A stretch of 64,000 bases of DNA from Eledone cirrhosa (lineage: Eukaryota). Each line of letters opens with the position of its first letter. Positions within the stretch are counted from its first letter, which is position 1. The position numbers and the translations under genes are program-made. The stretch spans positions 440,386,001 through 440,450,000 of the forward strand of contig OZ024740.1 of the NCBI GenBank assembly GCA_964016885.1. The letters are read 5' to 3'. Below the pieces are notes generated by a model. It did no database searches. It saw only the letters and a program-made list of their open reading frames with translations, and was not told the DNA's origin. Positions 25,429 through 37,600 of the stretch are shown in pieces.

Positions 25429-25967
25429 CTGTTTACCGAGTCCATCGTGAGGATCACCCTGCCGCCTTCATTTAAGAATGAGGGAGAGGCGGTTTTCTTC
25501 TGTCTCGTGGCTATGGCCAAAGAGGTAATATGGTGGACGACGTTAAAAGGACTGAGGGCAAACACCTTTCTCTCCGGACACCAACTCATCCCCTTCTTTG
25601 AGTATCATTTCAGAAGGAAGGTGAGAGTGGAGAGAGAGGTGCTACACCCCAGTAAATTCGCTGAAATGTGGGTGAATGTGACGAAAATGGCCCGAGTGAA
25701 TGGGTCTTCTCTGTACATAAATCTGTAGGTTAAGGAAGACAGAGGGAAGACAGGAACTCCTACAAAACGTGTTCCTGGTGTTGAGGGTTGTTCTATCCAC
25801 AGGGTGTAAAACAACCCAGTAGTAACGTTCCCCACTATTAGGGATTTCAATTATTTTATTTTGTATATATTCTATTGTTATCCATTATTATTGTTAAAGA
25901 GTGTAAAACCCCCGCCGTCACGTCTTGTAATGTCCCATTTTTGTACGCCCCTGTGGCAAATAAAGAA
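25429..25967 (+). mobile_element. 5'-truncated Tx1/L1-clade LINE: ORF2 C-terminus plus 3' UTR
   Basis: 25429-25728 translates LFTESIVRITLPPSF..EGEAVFFCLVAMAKEVIWW...FFEYHFRRKVRVERE...KFAEMWVNV. The (A)K..IW...R...F.....ER....F...W pattern is typical of Tx1/L1 ORF2 termini. A T-rich 3' UTR ends with AATAAA at 25959-25964. Confidence 0.65.
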
Positions 25968-26063
25968 CGATACCTTTTATACTACAATGAACTGACATGA
26001 GACAATAACATCAATAATAACGGTAATAGTGTGTCGACAAGGGAGCGTCTACCTCTACGTGGT

Positions 26064-26107
26064 CACTTGATCCAGTAGAAATAGCAGCCAAATCTCCCTC
26101 AAGTCAC
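26064..26107. repeat. Short dispersed repeat, copy 1 of 3 (other copies at 26283-26325 and 27141-27185)
   Basis: Shared motif TGACCTGCTAGAAATAGCAGCCAAATCTCCCTCAAATCAC, with several mismatches in each copy and the same orientation. Probably a remnant of a SINE/LINE segment. Confidence 0.7.
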
Positions 26108-26457
26108 GTGTTTAAAGTAGTCAGGGATATATAATTCCTGAATATATGACTGTATATCAATGGATAGGATCCTTTTGATCATAGGTTTACTCAATCACGA
26201 TTGATCTGAGGCAAAACAACAACAACAGCAATAACAATAACAACGGCAGAGGCATAATAAACCACCGAACCATCAACGGTGTTTGACCTGCTATAAGTAG
26301 CAACCAAATCTTCCTTAAATCATACTCTGCTCTTACGATGTGTTTCCTCCGAGGTTCACAGACTGCCATCTCTTTAATGATCGTATTTAACTTGAATATA
26401 ACAAAAGATCTGGAGGGTGACTGGTCTAGATAACACAGCAACACTAATAAAAGAATA

Positions 26458-26642
26458 GGCACAAAGCCAGAAACTTTGAGAAGGGGGCAAGTCGATTATA
26501 TCGACCCCACTACTTGATTGGTACTTTATTTTATCGACCACTGAAAGATGAAAGGTAAAGTTGACCTTGACGAGATTTGAACTGAAAACGTAGAAGATCG
26601 TAACGTATTTCGTCCGACACATTAACGTTTCCACCATTCCAC
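26458..26642 (-). mobile_element. Diverged tRNA-derived SINE (Deu/Nin domain)
   Basis: Contains GGTACTTTATTTTATCGACC...GATGAAAGGTAAAGTTGACCT..GATTTGAACT, i.e. the reverse complement of a B box plus the GTC(A/G)ACTTT.CCTTTCATC...GGTCGATAAAATAAAGTACC core. Confidence 0.8.
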
Positions 26643-26835
26643 TAATAATTATTTCTACTTTTGGCACAAGGCCAGCAAACACCCAGTGCATTACTGGTAC
26701 TTTATTTTATCAACGCCGTAAGGATGAAAGGCAAAGTTAACCTCGGCAGGATTTGAACTCAGACTGTAAAGGGACATAACTATGCTGGAAAGCATGGCGT
26801 CCGACCCTCTACCAATACTGCCAATCCACCGCCCT
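26643..26835 (-). mobile_element. Near full-length tRNA-derived SINE (Deu/Nin domain)
   Basis: The minus strand begins AGGGCGGTGGATTGGCAGTATTGG (A box-like), then GAGTTCAAATCC (B box), then GCCGAGGTTAACTTTGCCTTTCATCCTTACGGCGTTGATAAAATAAAGTACCAG (Deu/Nin-like core), and ends in a short TTA tail. Confidence 0.87.
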
Positions 26836-26849
26836 ATTCCTCTAATGAT

Positions 26850-27004
26850 GGTTTCTGATATAAGTAGAAGGCCAACAAGACCTCGTAAGGATGAAAGACA
26901 AAGTCAACCTTGCCGGGATTTGAACTCAGAATGTCAAGAACCGGAACAAATACAGGAAAGTATTTCAGACAACGTCCTAAAGATTCTAATAATTCATCAC
27001 CTTA
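26850..27004 (-). mobile_element. Diverged, internally deleted SINE of the same superfamily
   Basis: GTAAGGATGAAAGACAAAGTCAACCTTGCCGGGATTTGAACTCAGAA (core plus B box). It lacks the GGTACTTTATTTTATC segment. Confidence 0.75.
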
Positions 27005-27265
27005 AAGTGTTACTACTAGCAACAAACGTTAATGAAAATGGCGGACACCCTTGAAGGAAACCTGACGGCAGTGAATCAGACTTAATGAGGAAAAAGCAAG
27101 ACTATTAGTAATGAAGACGAGTAGAAAGCCTTTATACGTTACTCGACCTGTTAGAAATAACACCTAAATTTCCTTCAAATCACACATTAAGAAGGACACA
27201 TTAGATAAACAACAGCTGAAAAACAACGATCTGATGATACAGACAAGAATACTTTTATAGAACTG

Positions 27266-27267
<2 letters not shown>

Positions 27268-27322
<55 letters not shown>

Positions 27323-27342
27323 GCTACTACTACTATTACTAT

Positions 27343-27401
<59 letters not shown>

Positions 27402-27469
27402 TTACTAATACTACTACTGTTACTACTACTAATATTACTACTACTACCACACTAAGACAACCACCACCG

Positions 27470-27527
<58 letters not shown>

Positions 27528-27552
27528 CACCATTACTACTACTACTACTATT

Positions 27553-27588
<36 letters not shown>

Positions 27589-27590
27589 TA
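27268..27590. repeat. Trinucleotide tract (TAC)n with CAC patches, grading into (TAA)n
   Basis: ~320 bp in a single triplet register, abutting the 3' end of the minus-strand SINE at 27591. Confidence 0.95.
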
Positions 27591-27766
27591 CTTCTACTTT
27601 TGGTACAAGGCCAGCAATTATCCAGTGCATTACTGGTACTTTATTTTATCGACCCCGTAAGGATGAAAGGCAAAGTTAACCACGGCGGGATTTGAACTCA
27701 GACCATAAAGGGCCGTAACTGTTTGCTGCAAAGCATGGCGTCCGACCCTCTACCGATACTGCCAAT
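27591..27766 (-). mobile_element. tRNA-derived SINE, same subfamily as 26643-26835
   Basis: Shares TTCTACTTTTGG.ACAAGGCCAGCAA, CCAGTGCATTACTGGTACTTTATTTTATC, AAGGATGAAAGGCAAAGTTAACC and AAGCATGGCGTCCGACCCTCTACC with the 26652 copy. A and B box-like motifs are on the minus strand. Confidence 0.87.
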
Positions 27767-28278
27767 GACGTAATAATCCTTGCATACATTTCACCCATAT
27801 CAAGAGAACGTCTTCACGCACTACCGCTGTTTCTTTAACTAAGATCAAACATCTCATTCGCTGCAAACAATTGAACTCCAGATGGTATTGATCATAAGAA
27901 GTGTTCTTTGTCATTACCAGGTTTCTGTATCAATCCCACTTTAGCGATGTAGTTCTAATTTAGACTATGTGGAAATGCTCTAAGAGGCATCGTTATTTAT
28001 CTTGGGTGGTATATTTAGTCTGTCACCTAATTTAACAACGATACCTGATTTTTTTTAGTACTTTAATGAAATCAAAGTATTTAGATCATGTCTTGGGTCT
28101 GAATATAACTTCTCGATCTTTCTCTATCTCCAGTCACATCAGGTCAAACGAAGTCATAAAATGAATTTCTTAAAACTCTCCAGAACAAATACCAATCTGT
28201 GTAAACCATATCAACAAATAAATATGCTTATATTATTTCACCGGATAATTTTATATTCAGAGTAAATCATCCCAAGAA

Positions 28279-28389
28279 GTGTGTGTATATGAGTGTATAT
28301 GGTTTATATGAGTGTGTGTATATATATGTGAGTAGGTAAGAGGTGTCAAAATATCATTCAATATGTTTATGTGTGTGTGTTTGTGTGTG

Positions 28390-28421
<32 letters not shown>

Positions 28422-28522
28422 AATATAGGTCGGTGTTTGAGTGTATATGTGTATATATATATATACGTTTATATGTATGTGTGTGTCTATGTGTGTGTAT
28501 GTGTGTATACGTGTGTGTGTGC
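28279..28522. repeat. Compound (TG)/(TA) microsatellite
   Basis: Interrupted TG and TA runs. Confidence 0.88.
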
Positions 28523-28699
28523 GATAACCAATATATTGCATGACGCCTGCGATCAAACGTTTTCCACTCCCAGTGGGTAGATGTGGACATCACAGGCGAT
28601 ACAGCAATAGACCAATCACCTCTAGTCCATCCAGTTAGAAAACTGACCAAAATCAATATTTCAAGATACTCTAGTTACTCTGTACTGACAGATTCGAAC

Positions 28700-31600
28700 T
28701 ACTACACTACTTCACCTTTCTCAGTCTCAACTAGTAACGATACCATACTACACTACTTCACCTATCTCAGTCTCAACTAGTAACGAAACCATACTACACT
28801 ACTTCACCTTTCTCAGTCTCAACTAATAACGACACCATACTACACTACTTCACCTTTCGCAGTATCAACTAGTAATGACACCATACTACACTACTTCACC
28901 TTTCTCAGTCTCAACTAATAACGACACCATACTACACTACTTCACCTTTCTCAGTCTCAACTAGTAACCACACCATACTACACTACTTCACCTTTCGCAG
29001 TATCAACTAGTAACGACACCATACTACACTACTTCACCTTTCTCAGTCTCAACTAATAACGACACCATACTACACTACTTCACCTATTTCAGTCTCAACT
29101 AGTAACGACACCATACTACACTACTTCACCTTTCTCAGTCTCAACTAATAATGACACCATACTACACTGCTTCACCTTTCTCAGTCTCAACTAGTAATGA
29201 CACCATACTACACTACTTCACCTATCTCAGTCTCAACTAGTAACGAAACCATACTACACTACTTCACCTTTCTCAGTCTCAACTAATAACGTCACCATAC
29301 TACACTACTTCACCTTTCGCAGTATCAACTAGTAACGACACCATACTACACTACTTCACCTTTCTCAGTCTCAACTAGTAACGACACCATACTACACTAC
29401 TTCACCTTTCTCAGTCTCAACTAATAACGACACCATACTACACTACTTCACCTTTCTCAGTCTCAACTAGTAACGACACCATACTACACTACTTCACCTT
29501 TCTCAGTCTCAACTAATAACGACACCATACTACACTACTTCACCTTTCGCAGTATCAACTAGTAACGACACCATACTACACTACTTCACCTATTTCAGTC
29601 TCAACTAGTAACGACACCATACTACACTACTTCACCTTTCTCAGTCTCAAATAATAACGACACCATACTACACTACTTCACCTTTCGCAGTATCAACTAG
29701 TAACGACACCATACTACACTACTTCACCTTTCTCAGTCTCAACTAGTAACGACACCATACTACACTACTTCACCTTTCGCAGTATCAACTAGTAACGACA
29801 CCATACTACACTACTTCACCTTTCTCAGTCTCAACTAGTAACGACACCATACTACACTACTTCACCTTTCTCAGTCTCAACTAATAACGACACCATACTA
29901 CACTACTTCACCTGTCTCAGTCTCAACTAGTAATGACACCATACTACACTACTTCACCTTTCTCAGTCTCAACTAATAACGACACCAAACTACACTACTT
30001 CACCTTTCTCAGTCTCAACTAGTAACGACACCATACTACACTACTTCACCTTTCTCAGTCTCAACTAATAACGACACCATACTACACTGTTTCACCTTTC
30101 TCAGTCTCAACTAATAACGACACCATACTACACTATTTCACCTTTCTCAGTCTCAACTAATAACGACACCATACTACACTACTTCACCTATTTCAGTCTC
30201 AACTAGTAACGACACCATACTACACTACTTCACCTATTTCAGTCTCAACTAGTTACGACACCATACTACACTACTTCACCTTTCTCAGTCTCAACTAATA
30301 ATGACACCATACTACACTACTTCACCTTTCTCAGTCTCAAATAGTAACGACACCATACTACACTACTTTACCTTTCTCAGTCTCAACTAGTAACGACAGC
30401 ATACTACACTACTTCACCTTTCTCAGTCTCAACTAGTAATGACACCATACTACACTACTTCACCTTTCTCAGTCTCAACTAGTAATGACACCATACTACA
30501 CTACTTCACCTTTCTCATCCTCAACTAGTAACGACACCATACTACACTACTTTACCTTTCTCAGTCTCAACTAGTAATGACACCATACTACACTACTTCA
30601 CCTATTTCAGTCTCAACTAGTAACGACACCATACTACACTACTTCACCTTTCTCAGTCTCAACTAGTAATGACACCATACTACACTACTTCACCTTTCAC
30701 AGTCTAAACTAGTAACGACACGATACTACACTACTTCACCTTTCTCAGTCTCAACTAGTAATAACACCATACTACACTACTTCACCTATTTCAGTCTCAA
30801 CTAGTAACGACAGCATACTACACTACTTCACCTGTCTCAGTCTCAACTAGTAACGACACCATACTACACTACTTCACCTGTCTCAGTCTCAACAAGTAAC
30901 GACACCATACTACACTACTTCACCTTTCTCAGTCTCAACTAGTAACGACACCATACTACACTACTTCACCTTTCTCAGTCTCAACGAATAACGACACCAT
31001 ACTACACTACTTCACCTATTTCAGTCTCAATTAGTAATGATACCATACTACAATATTTCACCTTTCTCAGTCTCAACTAGTAATGACACCATACTACACT
31101 ACTTCACCTTTCTCAGTCTCAACTAATAACGACACCATACTACACTACTTCACCTTTCTCAGTCTCAACTAGTAACGACACCATACTACACTACTTCACC
31201 TTTCTCAGTCACAACTAGTAACGACACCATACAACACTACTTCACCTTTCTCAGTCTCAACTAGTAACGACACCATACTACACTACTTCACCTTTCTCAG
31301 TCTCAACTAGTAACGACACCATACTACACTACTTTACCTTTCTCAGTCTCAACTAGTAATGACACCATACTACACTACTTCACCTTTCTCAGTCTCAACA
31401 AATAACGGCACCATACTACACTACTTTACCTTTCTCAGTCTCAACTAGTAACGACACCATACTACACTACTTTACATTTCTCAGTCTCAACTAGTAACGA
31501 CACCATACTACACTACTTCACCTTTCTCAGTCTCAACTAGTTACGACACCATACTACACTACTTCACCTTTCACAGTCTCAAACTAGTAATGACACCATA

Positions 31601-34600
31601 CTACACTACTTCACCTTTCTCAGTCTCAACTAGTAACGACACCATACTACACTACTTCAACTTTCTCAGTCTCAACGAATAACGACACCATACTACACTA
31701 CTTCACCTTTCTCAGTCTCAACTAATAACGACACCATACTACACTACTTCACCTGTCTCAGTCTCAACTAGTAACGACACCATACTACACTACTTCACCT
31801 GTCTCAGTCTCAACAAGTAACGACACCATACTACACTACTTCACCTTTCTCAGTCTCAACTAGTAACGACACCATACTACACTACTTCACCTTTCTCAGT
31901 CTCAACTAATAACGACACCATACTACACTACTTCACCTTTCTCAGTCTCAACGAATAACGACACCATACTACACTACTTCACCTTTCTCAGTCTCAACTA
32001 ATAACGACACCATACTACACTACTTCACCTTTCTCAGTCTCAACTAGTAATGACACCATGCTACACTACGTCACCTATTTCAGTCTCAACTAGTAATGAC
32101 GCCATACTACACTACTTCACCTTTCTCAGTCTCAACTAGTAACGACACCATACTACACTACTTCACCTTTCTCAGTCTCAACTAGTAACGACACCATACT
32201 ACACTACTTCACCTTTCTCAGTCTCAACTAGTAACGACACCATACTACACTACTTCACCTTTCTCAGTCTCAACTAGTAACGACACCATACTACACTACT
32301 TCACCTTTCTCAGTCTCAACTAGTAACGACACCATACTACACTACTTCACCTTTCTCAGTCTCAACTAGTAACGACACCATACTACACTACTTCACCTTT
32401 CTCACTCTCACCTAGTAATGACACCATACTACACTATTTCCCCCTTTTCAGTCTCAACTAGTAACGACACCATACTACACTACTTCACCTTTCTCACTCT
32501 CAACTAGTAACGACACCATACTACACTACTTCACCTTTCTCAGTCTCAACTAGTAACGACACCATACTACACTACTTCACCTTTCTCACTCTCAACTAGT
32601 AACGACACCATACTACACTACTTCATCTTTCTCAGTCTCAACTAGTAACGACACCATACTACACTACTTCACCCTTCTCACTCTCAACTAGTAACAACAC
32701 CATACTACACTACTTCACCTTTCTCACTCTCAACTAGTAACGGCACCATACTACACTACTTCATCTTTCTTAGTCTCAACTAGTAACGACACCATACTAC
32801 ACTACTTCACCTTTCTCAGGCTCAACTAGCAACGACACCATACAACACTACTTCATCTTTCTCAGTCTCAACTAGTAACGACACCATACTACACTACTTC
32901 ACCTATCTCAGTCTCAACTAGTAACGAAACCATACTACACTACTTCACCTTTCTCAGTCTCAACTAATAACGACACCATACTACACTACTTCACCTTTCG
33001 CAGTATCAACTAGTAATGACACCATACTACACTACTTCACCTTTCTCAGTCTCAACTAATAACGACACCATACTACACTACTTCACCTTTCTCAGTCTCA
33101 ACTAGTAACCACACCATACTACACTACTTCACCTTTCGCAGTATCAACTAGTAACGACACCATACTACACTACTTCACCTTTCTCAGTCTCAACTAATAA
33201 CGACACCATACTACACTACTTCACCTATTTCAGTCTCAACTAGTAACGACACCATACTACACTACTTCACCTTTCTCAGTCTCAACTAATAATGACACCA
33301 TACTACACTGCTTCACCTTTCTCAGTCTCAACTAGTAATGACACCATACTACACTACTTCACCTATCTCAGTCTCAACTAGTAACGAAACCATACTACAC
33401 TACTTCACCTTTCTCAGTCTCAACTAATAACGTCACCATACTACACTACTTCACCTTTCGCAGTATCAACTAGTAACGACACCATACTACACTACTTCAC
33501 CTTTCTCAGTCTCAACTAGTAACGACACCATACTACACTACTTCACCTTTCTCAGTCTCAACTAATAACGACACCATACTACACTACTTCACCTTTCTCA
33601 GTCTCAACTAGTAACGACACCATACTACACTACTTCACCTTTCTCAGTCTCAACTAATAACGACACCATACTACACTACTTCACCTTTCGCAGTATCAAC
33701 TAGTAACGACACCATACTACACTACTTCACCTATTTCAGTCTCAACTAGTAACGACACCATACTACACTACTTCACCTTTCTCAGTCTCAAATAATAACG
33801 ACACCATACTACACTACTTCACCTTTCGCAGTATCAACTAGTAACGACACCATACTACACTACTTCACCTTTCTCAGTCTCAACTAGTAACGACACCATA
33901 CTACACTACTTCACCTTTCGCAGTATCAACTAGTAACGACACCATACTACACTACTTCACCTTTCTCAGTCTCAACTAGTAACGACACCATACTACACTA
34001 CTTCACCTTTCTCAGTCTCAACTAATAACGACACCATACTACACTACTTCACCTGTCTCAGTCTCAACTAGTAATGACACCATACTACACTACTTCACCT
34101 TTCTCAGTCTCAACTAATAACGACACCAAACTACACTACTTCACCTTTCTCAGTCTCAACTAGTAACGACACCATACTACACTACTTCACCTTTCTCAGT
34201 CTCAACTAATAACGACACCATACTACACTGTTTCACCTTTCTCAGTCTCAACTAATAACGACACCATACTACACTATTTCACCTTTCTCAGTCTCAACTA
34301 ATAACGACACCATACTACACTACTTCACCTATTTCAGTCTCAACTAGTAACGACACCATACTACACTACTTCACCTATTTCAGTCTCAACTAGTTACGAC
34401 ACCATACTACACTACTTCACCTTTCTCAGTCTCAACTAATAATGACACCATACTACACTACTTCACCTTTCTCAGTCTCAAATAGTAACGACACCATACT
34501 ACACTACTTTACCTTTCTCAGTCTCAACTAGTAACGACAGCATACTACACTACTTCACCTTTCTCAGTCTCAACTAGTAATGACACCATACTACACTACT

Positions 34601-37600
34601 TCACCTTTCTCAGTCTCAACTAGTAATGACACCATACTACACTACTTCACCTTTCTCAGCCTCAACTAGTAACGACACCATACTACACTACTTTACCTTT
34701 CTCAGTCTCAACTAGTAATGACACCATACTACACTACTTCACCTATTTCAGTCTCAACTAGTAACGACACCATACTACACTACTTCACCTTTCTCAGTCT
34801 CAACTAGTAATGACACCATACTACACTACTTCACCTTTCACAGTCTAAACTAGTAACGACACGATACTACACTACTTCACCTTTCTCAGTCTCAACTAGT
34901 AATAACACCATACTACACTACTTCACCTATTTCAGTCTCAACTAGTAACGACAGCATACTACACTACTTCACCTGTCTCAGTCTCAACTAGTAACGACAC
35001 CATACTACACTACTTCACCTGTCTCAGTCTCAACAAGTAACGACACCATACTACACTACTTCACCTTTCTCAGTCTCAACTAGTAACGACACCATACTAC
35101 ACTACTTCACCTTTCTCAGTCTCAACGAATAACGACACCATACTACACTACTTCACCTATTTCAGTCTCAATTAGTAATGATACCATACTACAATATTTC
35201 ACCTTTCTCAGTCTCAACTAGTAATGACACCATACTACACTACTTCACCTTTCTCAGTCTCAACTAATAACGACACCATACTACACTACTTCACCTTTCT
35301 CAGTCTCAACTAGTAACGACACCATACTACACTACTTCACCTTTCTCAGTCTCAACTAGTAACGACACCATACAACACTACTTCACCTTTCTCAGTCTCA
35401 ACTAGTAACGACACCATACTACACTACTTCACCTTTCTCAGTCTCAACTAGTAACGACACCATACTACACTACTTTACCTTTCTCAGTCTCAACTAGTAA
35501 TGACACCATACTACACTACTTCACCTTTCTCAGTCTCAACAAATAACGGCACCATACTACACTACTTTACCTTTCTCAGTCTCAACTAGTAACGACACCA
35601 TACTACACTACTTTACATTTCTCAGTCTCAACTAGTAACGACACCATACTACACTACTTCACCTTTCTCAGTCTCAACTAGTTACGACACCATACTACAC
35701 TACTTCACCTTTCACAGTCTCAAACTAGTAATGACACCATACTACACTACTTCACCTTTCTCAGTCTCAACTAGTAACGACACCATACTACACTACTTCA
35801 ACTTTCTCAGTCTCAACGAATAACGACACCATACTACACTACTTCACCTTTCTCAGTCTCAACTAATAACGACACCATACTACACTACTTCACCTGTCTC
35901 AGTCTCAACTAGTAACGACACCATACTACACTACTTCACCTGTCTCAGTCTCAACAAGTAACGACACCATACTACACTACTTCACCTTTCTCAGTCTCAA
36001 CTAGTAACGACACCATACTACACTACTTCACCTTTCTCAGTCTCAACTAATAACGACACCATACTACACTACTTCACCTTTCTCAGTCTCAACGAATAAC
36101 GACACCATACTACACTACTTCACCTTTCTCAGTCTCAACTAATAACGACACCATACTACACTACTTCACCTTTCTCAGTCTCAACTAGTAATGACACCAT
36201 GCTACACTACGTCACCTATTTCAGTCTCAACTAGTAATGATACCATACTACAATATTTCACCTTTCTCAGTCTCAACTAGTAATGACACCATACTACACT
36301 ACTTCACCTTTCTCAGTCTCAACTAGTAACGACACCATACTACACTACTTCACCTTTCTCAGTCTCAACTAGTAACGACACCATACTACACTACTTTACC
36401 TTTCTCAGTCTCAACTAGTAACGACACCATACTACACTACTTCACCTTTCTCAGTCTCAACTAGTTACGACACCATACTACACTACTTCACCTTTCACAG
36501 TCTCAAACTAGTAATGACGCCATACTACACTACTTCACCTTTCTCAGTCTCAACTAGTAACAACACCATACTACACTACTTCACCTTTCTCAGTCTCAAC
36601 TAGTAACGACACCATACTACACTACTTCACCTTTCTCAGTCTCAACTAGTAACGACACCATACTACACTACTTCACCTTTCTCAGTCTCAACTAGTAACG
36701 ACACCATACTACACTACTTCACCTTTCTCAGTCTCAACTAGTAACGACACCATACTACACTACTTCACCTTTCTCAGTCTCAACTAGTAACGACACCATA
36801 CTACACTACTTCACCTTTCTCACTCTCACCTAGTAATGACACCATACTACACTATTTCCCCCTTTTCAGTCTCAACTAGTAACGACACCATACTACACTA
36901 CTTCACCTTTCTCACTCTCAACTAGTAACGACACCATACTACACTACTTCACCTTTCTCAGTCTCAACTAGTAACGACACCATACTACACTACTTCACCT
37001 TTCTCACTCTCAACTAGTAACGACACCATACTACACTACTTCATCTTTCTCAGTCTCAACTAGTAACGACACCATACTACACTACTTCACCCTTCTCACT
37101 CTCAACTAGTAACAACACCATACTACACTACTTCACCTTTCTCACTCTCAACTAGTAACGGCACCATACTACACTACTTCATCTTTCTTAGTCTCAACTA
37201 GTAACGACACCATACTACACTACTTCACCTTTCTCAGGCTCAACTAGCAACGACACCATACAACACTACTTCATCTTTCTCAGTCTCAACTAGTAACGAC
37301 ACCATACTACACTACTTCACCTTTCTCAGGCTCAACTAGTAACGACACCATACTACACTACTTCACCTATCTCAGTCTCAACTAGTAATGATACCATACT
37401 ACACTACTTCACATTTCACAGTCTCAACTAGTAATGACACCATAATACACTACTTCACCATTCTCAGTCTCAACTAATAACGACACCATACTACACTACT
37501 TCACCTTTCTCAGTCTCAAATAATAACGACACCATACTACACTACTTCACCTTTCTCAGTTTCAAATATTAACGACACCATACTACACTACTTCACCTTT

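Noticed and set aside
26740-26835. tRNA gene
   Set aside because: A and B box-like motifs are present, but there is no convincing cloverleaf and the sequence continues into a SINE core repeated nearby, so it is a SINE head.
19880-28670. Shared words next to both arrays (ACCAATCAC, CTGACCAA, CAAGATACT at ~19884-19978 and ~28611-28660)
   Set aside because: The matches are only 8-9 bp, with different spacing and no alignable sequence between them. This is compatible with chance.
19700-28900. Homology between array A (reverse complement) and array B
   Set aside because: Only similar base composition and very short shared words (CTACA, CCATA). The monomers do not align.
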